The notes below the pieces were generated by a model. The model was not told the origin of the DNA. It did not search any database and was given only the letters and a program-made list of their open reading frames with translations. From the IMG/VR virus record IMGVR_UViG_3300032074_000019, positions 1-36,800 of that record: a DNA stretch of 36,800 nt; one strand, 5' to 3'. The translations under genes and the position numbers were made by a program. The stretch comes from a virus. Taxonomy: Duplodnaviria > Caudoviricetes. Of the stretch, positions 25,339 to 33,786 are shown in pieces (position 1 is the first letter of the stretch; the number at the start of each line of letters is the position of its first letter).

Positions 25339-27072
25339 ATGGCCCGCAACAAGGACACCCAGTCCGACCAGATCACCATCCCCGAGGACCTGAGCACGCT
25401 CAGCGACTCGGACCTGACCGCGCTGCACGACACCGCGGTCACCGCCTTCCAGGCCATGCTGCCGGAGGACGGCTCCGCGCCGGACGACGCCACGCTGGAG
25501 GCGCTGAGCGCCCTGGCCGACGGCGTCGAGGCCCTGAAGGGCGAGGTCGCCGAGCGCGACAACGCCGCCCTGGCCCGCTCCGGCAAGGCCAAGGAGTTGG
25601 CCGACAAGGTCCTCTCCGCGGGCGAGACCGCCCAGGCCGTGAAGGACGAGGAGGAGGCCGCCGAGACCCCCGAGGAGGAGGCCGCCGAGCCCGCCGACGA
25701 GAACGACGACGAGGTCCCCGCGGAACTCGTCGCGGGCGCCAAGAAGCGCGCCCCGATCAACATCAACCTCTCCGGCCTCCGCAAGGACCGGCCCGCCAAG
25801 AAGGAGACGCCGGTGGACGCCGGACCCAAGAAGATCGGGTTCGCGGCACAGGGCGCCGCGGGCTTCAACGTCGGCACGGAGATGACGATCCGTGACATGG
25901 CCGAGAGCATCAACAGCCGCCTCGGCGGCTTCAACGCCTCGGCCTACATGGCGGCCCGCTCGAAGGGCAACCGGCAGACCGAGCGGTTCTCGATCGCCCG
26001 CCTGCCCCGCCAGTTCGACGAGAAGGCGGTCGTCAACAGCGAGGACCCGAAGGCCGCGATGGAGTTCGCGACCCGCGAGTCGGCGCTGCCCGGCGGCAGC
26101 CTCGTCGCCTCCGGCGGCTGGTGCGCCCCGTCCGAGACGCTGTACGACCTGGTGGACATCAGCGAGGCCGCGAACCTCGTGTCGGTGCCCGAGATCCAGA
26201 TCAACCGCGGCGGCGTGCGGCACACCCTCGGCCCGGACTACCGCGAGGTCTTCGCCGACACCGGCTTCTGCTACACCGAGGCCGAGGACATCGCCGGGGA
26301 CTACGACGGCGCGGGCGGCGGCACCAAGCCCTGCGTGACCGTCCCGTGCCCGGACTTCGACGAGGTCCGCCTCGGCTACTGCGGCGTCTGCATCGGGGCC
26401 GGGCTGCTCCAGCAGCGCGGCTACCCCGAGGTCATCGAGGACTACGTGGGCAAGACCCTCAACGCCCACGCGCACCGCATGTCCGCGTCCGTCATCAACA
26501 GCATGGTGGCCGACAGCACCGCCGTCGTCTTCCCCGGCCCGCAGGCCGGGGCGACCGCGCCGCTGCTCACCGCGATCGACCTGCAGGCGACCCACTACCG
26601 GGCCGTCAACCGCATGTCGGACAACGCCTCCCTGGAGGTCATGCTGCCGACCTGGACCAAGACGGTCGTCCGGGCCGACCTCGCCCGGCGCCTCGGCGTC
26701 GACCTGCTGGACGTGAGCGACCAGCGGATCGCGGGCTGGTTCGCCGCCCGCAAGGTCAACCCGCAGTACGTCGTGGACTGGCAGGACATCGCCACCACGG
26801 CCGCGAGCGGCTTCACCGCCGCCCCGACCGGCGTGGACTTCCTGCTCTACGCCGCGGGCACGTTCGTCAAGGGCGTGACCGAGTCGATCACGCTGGAGAA
26901 CATCTACGACAGCGTGCTCCTGGGCACCAACGACTACACGGCGCTCTTCACCGAGGACCCGTTCCTCGTCCTGAAGCGCAACCACGACAGCCGTGTCGTC
27001 ACGGTGCCGGTGACGCCGGACGGCGCGACCCACATCGGGATCGCGATCGCCGGGAACGGCACCGGCTCCTGA
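25339..27072 (+). CDS. major capsid (hexamer) protein with N-terminal scaffold region
   Basis: acidic coiled-coil N-terminus then SLVASGGWCAPSETLYDL...PEIQINRGGV...KPC...CP.FDEVRL; AGGAGG RBS. Confidence 0.85.
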   Translation: MARNKDTQSDQITIPEDLSTLSDSDLTALHDTAVTAFQAMLPEDGSAPDDATLEALSALADGVEALKGEVAERDNAALARSGKAKELADKVLSAGETAQAVKDEEEAAETPEEEAAEPADENDDEVPAELVAGAKKRAPININLSGLRKDRPAKKETPVDAGPKKIGFAAQGAAGFNVGTEMTIRDMAESINSRLGGFNASAYMAARSKGNRQTERFSIARLPRQFDEKAVVNSEDPKAAMEFATRESALPGGSLVASGGWCAPSETLYDLVDISEAANLVSVPEIQINRGGVRHTLGPDYREVFADTGFCYTEAEDIAGDYDGAGGGTKPCVTVPCPDFDEVRLGYCGVCIGAGLLQQRGYPEVIEDYVGKTLNAHAHRMSASVINSMVADSTAVVFPGPQAGATAPLLTAIDLQATHYRAVNRMSDNASLEVMLPTWTKTVVRADLARRLGVDLLDVSDQRIAGWFAARKVNPQYVVDWQDIATTAASGFTAAPTGVDFLLYAAGTFVKGVTESITLENIYDSVLLGTNDYTALFTEDPFLVLKRNHDSRVVTVPVTPDGATHIGIAIAGNGTGS

Positions 27073-27078
27073 GAGACC

Positions 27079-27121
27079 GCCCCTGGCCAGGTCGCTACCC
27101 CCCGTGCGCCTGGCCAGGGGC
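27079..27121 (+). terminator. 13-bp stem-loop after capsid gene
   Basis: GCCCCTGGCCAGG / CCTGGCCAGGGGC perfect inverted repeat, ACCCCCC in loop, no U tract. Confidence 0.55.
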
Positions 27122-27156
27122 TCCTCTCACTCTGACACGAGGACTGGAGGTCCAGG

Positions 27157-27945
27157 ATGGGTTACGCAGCCCCGCAGAGGGTCGAGGCACAGCCGCGCGT
27201 CGGCTTGCCGTTCGGCCTGTTCTCCGTGCTGTCGCTGCGAGAGTCCGGTGACCCGCACTGGGCCAACGGCGTCGTGTGGGAGGCCCTGTCGTGCGCCCCG
27301 GTCTCGGGGCAGACGTGGCAGGACGACCCGGACTGCACGACCGACATCGAGAAGTTCTTCCGAGGCTCCGGCGGCCTCGGCGAGGCCCGGCCGTTCACGG
27401 CCGTGGGCTCGTACCAGTGTGGCACGCCCGGCGGGCGCGCCTTCCAGGAGGGCGAGGAGAACGCGACCGCGGACCTGCTCGCCCACGAGCAGAGCCAGGT
27501 GGAGCGGTTCCTCTGGAACAACCTCGCCGCGGAGGCCACCGACCTCAACCCGGCCGGTGCCCTCAACGTGGCGGCGGCCCTGGCCGTGCTGGAGGACTGG
27601 ATGGGCCAGACCTACGGCTCCCTCGGCGTCATCCACGGCTCACGTGGCGCGATCTCGGTCGCGGACACGCGGGTCAACGCGACCGGCAGCCGCCTCGTCA
27701 CCAAGGTAGGCACGCCCGTCATCGCGGGCGCGGGCTACCCCGGCACCGCCCCCGGCGGGGCCCCGCCCGCCGTGGGCGAGACGTGGATGTTTGCCTCGCC
27801 CGCCCTGTTCGGCTACCGAGGACAGGTCTTCACGTCCTCCGCTCTGGACCGGGGAAAGAACGACCACTACGCGCTCGCCGAGCGTCAGTACGTGGTGGGC
27901 TTCGACCCATGTGGGGTCGGGGCCGTCCGGATGAACCTGGCCTAG
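27157..27945 (+). CDS. second capsid protein (pentamer-type)
   Basis: PFGLFSV...HWANGVVW..LSC...EQSQVERFLW...GTPVIAGAGY...ALAERQYVVGFDPC; follows the hexamer-type MCP as in Rosebush-like actinophages. Confidence 0.7.
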   Translation: MGYAAPQRVEAQPRVGLPFGLFSVLSLRESGDPHWANGVVWEALSCAPVSGQTWQDDPDCTTDIEKFFRGSGGLGEARPFTAVGSYQCGTPGGRAFQEGEENATADLLAHEQSQVERFLWNNLAAEATDLNPAGALNVAAALAVLEDWMGQTYGSLGVIHGSRGAISVADTRVNATGSRLVTKVGTPVIAGAGYPGTAPGGAPPAVGETWMFASPALFGYRGQVFTSSALDRGKNDHYALAERQYVVGFDPCGVGAVRMNLA

Positions 27946-27962
27946 CCGAAGGAAGGAAACAC

Positions 27963-28649
27963 ATGACCACGCGTTGCTTCAAGCCGATCTTCGGCAAGAG
28001 GATCCGAGTCTCCAAGATGGACTCGTCCTGCCGCGCCGTGACGGGCGGAGACTGCTCCGAGATCGTCACGGACGGCTTCATCAGCCTGTCCCTGTCGTCC
28101 GAGACCGAGGACGGCGCCGAGATCATCACCAAGAAGGCGAACGGCGCCCTCTGCATCAACCACAAGAACCCCAACGCCTTCAAGCGCTTCACGCTGGAGA
28201 TGCAGTTCTGCGGCGTGGACCCCGACCTCCTGTCGTTCATGACCAACATGACCCCGTACCAGGACTGGGCCGGGGACGTGGCGGGCGCGACCGTCTACGA
28301 GGGCATCGTCGACGAGAAGTTCGGCCTCGAACTCTGGACCGGGCTGGCCGACGCCGTCGCGCCCTCCGGTGCGGAGGAGGCCAGCGGCTACGTCGTCCTC
28401 CCGTGCATCAACGCGGGCGTGCTCGGCGACATCACGGTGGACGGGGAGAACGCCGTCTCGTTCACCATGCAGGGCGCGTACACCGTCTCCGGGCACTCGT
28501 GGGGCGTCGGCCTGCACAACGTGCTCATGAACGGCACCACGCCGGACCTCCTGCCGGAGGCCCTGCTGCCGACCGAGCCGATGCTCATCATGGAGACCGG
28601 CGTCGCTCCGCCGCCCTCGGCCTGCGGCTGCCAGCCCTTCGCCGCGTAA
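27963..28649 (+). CDS. major tail protein
   Basis: GKRIRVSKMD.C...VTDGFISLSLS.E.EDG.EII.KKANGALC...FCGVDPDL; GAAGGAA RBS before ATG 27963. Confidence 0.8.
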   Translation: MTTRCFKPIFGKRIRVSKMDSSCRAVTGGDCSEIVTDGFISLSLSSETEDGAEIITKKANGALCINHKNPNAFKRFTLEMQFCGVDPDLLSFMTNMTPYQDWAGDVAGATVYEGIVDEKFGLELWTGLADAVAPSGAEEASGYVVLPCINAGVLGDITVDGENAVSFTMQGAYTVSGHSWGVGLHNVLMNGTTPDLLPEALLPTEPMLIMETGVAPPPSACGCQPFAA

Positions 28650-28652
28650 GAC

Positions 28653-28699
28653 TCGCTGGCCCGGGTACGACCCCCCACCTGTGGTGCCCGGGCCAGCGA
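28653..28699 (+). terminator. 16-bp stem-loop after major tail gene
   Basis: TCGCTGGCCCGGGTAC / GTGCCCGGGCCAGCGA (one G-U), ACCCCCC in loop. Confidence 0.55.
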
Positions 28700-28725
28700 A
28701 GGCGTAACCCGGAGAGGAGCGAGGA

Positions 28726-29535
28726 ATGTTCAGCACGGTCTGCGAGTGGCCCGCCGTCTACCCCGACGACACGCCCTGCAACGCGCTCGCGTCCCTCCCC
28801 GCCTCCGGCCAGGCGCGGTTTGAGCAGATGGCCGCGGAGTACCTGTGGCGCTACACCGGGCGCCAGTTCGGGCAGTGCGAGGGGGTGATCCGGCCGTGCC
28901 GCCAAGACTGCTTCGAGGGTGTCTCCACCTACGGGTCCGACTCGCGCGTGGGATCTCCCTGGCAGCCGACCCTCATCGGTGGCCGCTGGTTCAACGTCGG
29001 CTGCGGCGGCGGGTGCGCTGACACCTGCGGCTGCGGCTCCTGGGGCAGCGTGCTCCGCTTCGAGACCCCGGTGACCGAGGTGGTCGCCGTCGAGGTCGAC
29101 GGTGTGCTGCTCGACCCCTCGGCCTACCGCGTGGACGGCTACCGTCTCCTCGTCCGCCAGGACGGGGGGCGGTGGCCGTACTGCCAGAACATGAGCCTGC
29201 CGCTCGGCACGGAGGGCACCTGGGCTGTCACCGTCAAGATCGGTGCCCCCGTGCCGATCGGCGGTCAGGTGGCGGCCGGGAAGTTGGCCTGCCAACTCGC
29301 CCTGGCCGCCTCCGGCGCCAAGGAGTGCGAGTTGCCGCAGCGGTGGCAGACGATCACCCGGCAGGGCGTCACCATCGCCGCGGGCCTGGACGCCTTCGAC
29401 GACCTGGACGCGGGCAAGACCGGCATCTGGCTCATCGACTCCTGGGTCGCCAGCGTGACCAAGCCGGACATCGGCTTCAGCGTGGCCGTGCCGAACCTCC
29501 GCACCGCGGGGCGCCGGACCACCTGGGGAGGCTGA
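28726..29535 (+). CDS. head-to-tail adaptor
   Basis: AAEYLWRYTGRQFGQC..IRPC...V.VDG..LD..AYRVD...WP.CQ...LP.R..ITRQGVT...TGIWLID. Confidence 0.75.
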   Translation: MFSTVCEWPAVYPDDTPCNALASLPASGQARFEQMAAEYLWRYTGRQFGQCEGVIRPCRQDCFEGVSTYGSDSRVGSPWQPTLIGGRWFNVGCGGGCADTCGCGSWGSVLRFETPVTEVVAVEVDGVLLDPSAYRVDGYRLLVRQDGGRWPYCQNMSLPLGTEGTWAVTVKIGAPVPIGGQVAAGKLACQLALAASGAKECELPQRWQTITRQGVTIAAGLDAFDDLDAGKTGIWLIDSWVASVTKPDIGFSVAVPNLRTAGRRTTWGG

Positions 29536-29536
29536 C

Positions 29537-30031
29537 GTGGTGGACCGCGTCGGCCCCGCCCTGCAGAGCCTCCTGGACGCCGCGGAGGCGGGCCTGAACG
29601 CCTGCGAGCGGCCGGTCGGGCTGTCCTCCGTGGTGCCCGGCAACACGGTCTCCTGGGACAACTGCTGCGCCGCCAGCGAGGGCGGCGGCCAACTGTGGGT
29701 CCGGCTCGTGAGCCTGCTGCCGCAGCCGCAGGGCAGCCAGCCGTGCGACGTGCACGCCCTCCAGGCGAGGGTTGGCGTGGGGGTCGTGCGCTGCATGCAC
29801 GGCGTGGACGAGGAGGGCTTCCCGACCGCGGCGGAGATGACCGAGGACACCCTCGGCATGACCCGGGACGCGGACATCCTCCTCGACGCGATCCGGGACT
29901 GGTCGTTCCCCGTCGCGCCGCCGAAGACCCTCCGCATCGAGCAGGGGCTGCCGTTGGGTCCGCAGGGCTACTGCGGCGGCTTCGAGTGGACCCTCGTCTT
30001 CCAACTCATGCTGCAGCGAGGCTGCGAGTGA
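29537..30031 (+). CDS. neck / tail-terminator-like protein
   Basis: position; WDNCC...GQLWVRL...VGVVRC...PLGPQGYCGG motif. Confidence 0.6.
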   Translation: MVDRVGPALQSLLDAAEAGLNACERPVGLSSVVPGNTVSWDNCCAASEGGGQLWVRLVSLLPQPQGSQPCDVHALQARVGVGVVRCMHGVDEEGFPTAAEMTEDTLGMTRDADILLDAIRDWSFPVAPPKTLRIEQGLPLGPQGYCGGFEWTLVFQLMLQRGCE

Positions 30032-30408
30032 AGGTCGTCGTCCACCCCGAGAAGATCGCCTACCTCATGTCGATCGGGCCGATCGCGACCGCCTCGGCCC
30101 GCGCTGCTGGCCGGGTTCGGGACCGGGCCAAGGAGAACGCCCCCGTCGACAAGGGCCTGCTACGGAACAGCATCATCGCAGTCCGGCAGCCCGCCACCAA
30201 GACGAGGATCATCTGGCGGATCGGCTCCGACGTGGAGTACGCGATCTGGCAGGAGGTCGGCACCCCGCCGATCCACGCGAGGCGGGCACCCTTCCTCGTC
30301 TTCCAGGTGAAGGGCAAGTGGGTGCGGACGTTCTCCACCAGCGGCGTGCCCGCGGCCCGGTACCTCACGAGGGCGGTCGAGTCCGTTAGCATGGAGGACT
30401 TTCGCTGA
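30028..30408 (+). CDS. HK97 gp10-like neck/tail-completion protein
   Basis: AKENAPVDKGLLRNSI...GSDVEYAIWQEVGT...ARYLTRAV; GTGA overlap. Confidence 0.75.
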   Translation: MKVVVHPEKIAYLMSIGPIATASARAAGRVRDRAKENAPVDKGLLRNSIIAVRQPATKTRIIWRIGSDVEYAIWQEVGTPPIHARRAPFLVFQVKGKWVRTFSTSGVPAARYLTRAVESVSMEDFR

Positions 30409-30414
30409 GGTCAA

Positions 30415-30434
30415 GGTAGAATAGGTACGTACCT
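30415..30434 (+). promoter_or_regulatory. GGTAGAAT -10 element followed by 12-bp palindrome AGGTACGTACCT
   Basis: -10 at 30417-30422, palindrome 30423-30434; upstream ACC element absent. Confidence 0.45.
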
Positions 30435-30460
30435 GTCATCCCAACAGAAAGGTGGGCATC

Positions 30461-30595
30461 ATGGGATGCAACTGCGGAAAGACCACGAAGCGGCCCTCGC
30501 CGCCCAGGACCTCAACCGGCCAGACGCCGCCGCCCCCGCGCGGCAACAGCACGCCGACGCCGTCCGCCCCTCCGGCCCAGGGAGACACCAAGTGA
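30461..30595 (+). CDS. 44-aa MGCNCGK... Pro/Thr-rich peptide
   Basis: GAAAGG RBS, ATG 30461, stop overlaps chaperone start (GTGA); absent from ORF track. Confidence 0.6.
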   Translation: MGCNCGKTTKRPSPPRTSTGQTPPPPRGNSTPTPSAPPAQGDTK

Positions 30596-30903
30596 GCGAC
30601 CTCTCCTTCAAGGTCGCCAAGCGGCGGACCGACGCGATCACCTTCGACCTGGAGGGTAGCGCGCACGTGTACTCGTTCGTCCCGCCGAAGCAGGCCGCGA
30701 TGATCCTCCCCATGCTCGACGCCGAGAGCGACCTGGAGGCCGCCAAGGCGGCCTTCGAGTGGCTGGACACCGGGCTCAGCCAGGAGGACCAGGACCACCT
30801 GTCCGGGCGGCTGAAGGACCCGAAGGACGACCTGGACATCGACATCTTGGAGGAGGTCGTGTCGGGGCTCGTCGAGCGGGTGTCCGGCCGCCCTACCACG
30901 TAG
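30592..30903 (+). CDS. tail assembly chaperone
   Basis: position before tape measure; ITFDLEG...ends SGRPTT*; GGAGA RBS. Confidence 0.75.
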   Translation: MSDLSFKVAKRRTDAITFDLEGSAHVYSFVPPKQAAMILPMLDAESDLEAAKAAFEWLDTGLSQEDQDHLSGRLKDPKDDLDIDILEEVVSGLVERVSGRPTT

Positions 30904-31199
30904 CGACCCGGCTGATCCGGGTCGCCGAGCAGAACTGGACCGTGTTCGACGGATGGGCAGCAGCGAAGGGAGTGGATCCGATGGGCTTGCCGCTGGACCG
31001 CTTCCTGAACCTGATCTACTTCTATGCCGTCGAGGACGCCGAGTCCGAGGAGAAGGACAAGTTCGACATCAGGCTGCACAAGCCTGACGCGCGGGCGATC
31101 AAGACGGGCGCGGCCGTGGCGGACTCCTCGCCGTGGTCCAAGCAGAACGAGGAGGCCTCGTTGAGCGGCTTCGTCGCGGCCCTCTCCGGGAAGGGGTGA
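30890..31199 (+). CDS. tail assembly chaperone C-terminal extension (-1 frame)
   Basis: open -1 frame PYHVATRLIRVAEQNWTVFDGWAAAKGVDPMGLPLDRFLNLIY; may be reached by frameshift or an independent start. Confidence 0.6.
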
Positions 31200-31203
31200 G
31201 GAC

Positions 31204-33786
31204 GTGTCCGTAGCCGACGCCTACGTCGACCTGCACGTCAACGGTGACAACCTCGAAGGCGAGGTCAAGCACTCCGTCAAGGAGGTCGGCCCGGCCGCCG
31301 ACAAGGAGGCCGACAAGAGCGGCAAGCGCATCGGTGACCGCCTCGGCTCCGGATTCCTCAAGAACTTCGGGGAGAAGATCAAGGGCGGCGACGGCGGCGG
31401 CATCGGCAAGAAGTTGAAGGAGTCCTTCGAGGGCTTCGACGGCGGGAAGTTGAAGATGGGCGCGATCGCCGCCGCCCTCCCCCTCATCACGAGCGGGGCG
31501 TCGGCGCTGTCCGGCGCCCTCGTGGCCTTCACGGGCGCCGTGGTGCAGGCGGGCGGCGCGTCGCTGTCCTTCGTTGGCGTGCTCGGCTCGCTGATCCAGG
31601 CCAAGATCGTCGCGAAGATGGCGTTCGCCGACTTCACCAAGGCGGTCGGGGGCGACGACAAGGCCCTCGCCAAGTTGGCGCCGAACGCCCAGGAGGCGGC
31701 CAAGGCGTTCCGCGACCTCTCCAAGAGCGGCGGCGGCATCAAGACCGCGATCCAGCAGCAGGTCTTCAAGAACCTCGACGGCATCATCAACCGCATGGGC
31801 AAGACCACGGTGCCCATGCTGCGCAAGAGCCTCGGCGGCACGGGCGCCGCGCTCAACGGCGTGCTGCGGAGCGTCGGCCGGTACGTCACCAGCAAGACGG
31901 GCGTCGCGCAGTTGGGCAAGGCCCTGCAGGGCAACAACCGGATCATCCGCGTGCTCGGCTCCGCGGCGGCGCCGATCCTCAACGGCATCCTGCACATCTT
32001 CAACGCCCTGCACCCCTCGTCGATGCGGCTGGCCCACACCATCGCCAGCGCGGGCAAGGCGTTCGGCACCTGGGCCTCGGCGCCGAAGACGGGCGAGAAG
32101 ATCCGCGGCTTCATGGACCGTGCGTTCCACAGCGCGCACAACCTGTTCGGCATCGTGAAGAACCTCGGCAAGACGCTCTTCAACGTCTTCAGCGCCGCGA
32201 CGCCGTCCGGCGACGGGATCCTCGGCACCCTCAACAAGTTGTCGAAGCGCATGGCCGACTTCACGAGCCTGGCCTCGTCGAAGAACGCGATCGCGGACTG
32301 GGCCAAGAGGGGCACCGCGGCCACCGGCCAGATGCTCGGCTTCCTTGGCAAGGTCGGCAAGATGCTGCTGCCGCTGTTTAACCCGAGCATCGCCAGCGGG
32401 TACATGAAGGTCTTCAGCGCCGTGCTACCGGTGATTGTGAGCATCGTCAAGGTCGTGCAGAGCGCGCTGGCCCCGGTCCTGGAACGGATCGGCACGGCGT
32501 TCGCCAAGAACGGCCCCAAGTTCGCCGGGCTGTTCAAGGCCCTCGCGCCCCTGCTGAAGGGCGTCGGCTCCGTCATCGGCGAGATCATCGGCCAGAGCCT
32601 CGACATGCTGGGCACGATCGCGAGCGTCATCACGCCGGTCGTCGGCATCATCAGCAAGGTGGTCGGGCCGATCCTCACGCGGTTCGCGCCGATCATCGCG
32701 ACCATCATCCTCGCGTTCACCAACTGGGGCGGGGCGATCGTCAAGATCCTCCCGATCGTCGGCAAGTTCCTCGCGCCAATGGTGGAACTCGCGGTCACCC
32801 TCGGCAACATGGTGGGCCCGGCCTTCATCAAGATCGGCAAGGTCGTCGGCGTCGTCTTCAAGTTCCTCGTCAAGGTCGTGGGCGGCGGCGCCCGCCTCAT
32901 CAGCCGCCTGGTCGGCGCGCACTTCACCCTCGTCAGCCGGACGGTGGGGATCTCGATGCGGATCGTGCAGCGGGTCATCAGCGTGGCCTGGCGGGTCATC
33001 CGGACCGTCTTCGGCACCTACCTCCGCATCATCGGGACCGTCGTGCGGACGTACTTCAACGTCTACAAGACGATCGTCATGGCCGTCTTCAACGTCATCC
33101 GGCGTGTGATCTCCGTTGCCTGGAAGGTGATCCGCGTCGTCGTCGGCGCGGGTGCCCGGTTCGTCCGTGCGATCATCGGCACCGAGATGGCCGCTGCCCG
33201 GGCGATCTTCTCCCGAGTGTGGGGCGTCATGAAGGGCGTCGCCTCCCGGGCCTGGAACGGCATCAAGACCGTCGTGGGTGCCGGGGCCCGCGGCGTCGTC
33301 GCGATCTTGAAGGCGATCCCGCGAAAGATCCTCAACCTGGCCAGCAACTTCCTGCAGGCGGGCCAGGACCTCGGCAAGCGCGTGATCCGCGGCATCGGCA
33401 TGGGCCTGTCCGCGGCGGGCGGGTTCATCAGCGACATCGGGAGCAGCGTCAAGCACGCGATCAACAGCGCGCTGCACCTGCCGGTGCACATCAAGGGCCC
33501 GGGCCCGCTGCCGGACTTCACCATCCCGGCCTTCGCCCGCGGCACGAACTACGCCCCCGGCGGCATCGCCCTGGTCGGTGAGCGCGGGCCGGAGTTGGTG
33601 AACCTGCCGCGCGGCAGCCAGGTCAAGACGGCCGCGGAGACGCGGGCAGCCGCGGGCTCCGCGGCCCCGTCCCTCCCGAAGAAGATCCTGCTCCGCATCG
33701 GCAGCCGGGACTTCGAGGCGTACGTCGCCGAACTCGCGGACGGCCGGATCGACGCCGCCGACAGCCTCGCCTGGCAAGGAGCCTGA
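31204..33786 (+). CDS. tape measure protein
   Basis: 860 aa, VADAYVDL N-terminus, Ala/Gly/Lys helical and W/F-spaced repeats, C-terminal FARGT...VGERGPELV. Confidence 0.9.
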   Translation: MSVADAYVDLHVNGDNLEGEVKHSVKEVGPAADKEADKSGKRIGDRLGSGFLKNFGEKIKGGDGGGIGKKLKESFEGFDGGKLKMGAIAAALPLITSGASALSGALVAFTGAVVQAGGASLSFVGVLGSLIQAKIVAKMAFADFTKAVGGDDKALAKLAPNAQEAAKAFRDLSKSGGGIKTAIQQQVFKNLDGIINRMGKTTVPMLRKSLGGTGAALNGVLRSVGRYVTSKTGVAQLGKALQGNNRIIRVLGSAAAPILNGILHIFNALHPSSMRLAHTIASAGKAFGTWASAPKTGEKIRGFMDRAFHSAHNLFGIVKNLGKTLFNVFSAATPSGDGILGTLNKLSKRMADFTSLASSKNAIADWAKRGTAATGQMLGFLGKVGKMLLPLFNPSIASGYMKVFSAVLPVIVSIVKVVQSALAPVLERIGTAFAKNGPKFAGLFKALAPLLKGVGSVIGEIIGQSLDMLGTIASVITPVVGIISKVVGPILTRFAPIIATIILAFTNWGGAIVKILPIVGKFLAPMVELAVTLGNMVGPAFIKIGKVVGVVFKFLVKVVGGGARLISRLVGAHFTLVSRTVGISMRIVQRVISVAWRVIRTVFGTYLRIIGTVVRTYFNVYKTIVMAVFNVIRRVISVAWKVIRVVVGAGARFVRAIIGTEMAAARAIFSRVWGVMKGVASRAWNGIKTVVGAGARGVVAILKAIPRKILNLASNFLQAGQDLGKRVIRGIGMGLSAAGGFISDIGSSVKHAINSALHLPVHIKGPGPLPDFTIPAFARGTNYAPGGIALVGERGPELVNLPRGSQVKTAAETRAAAGSAAPSLPKKILLRIGSRDFEAYVAELADGRIDAADSLAWQGA

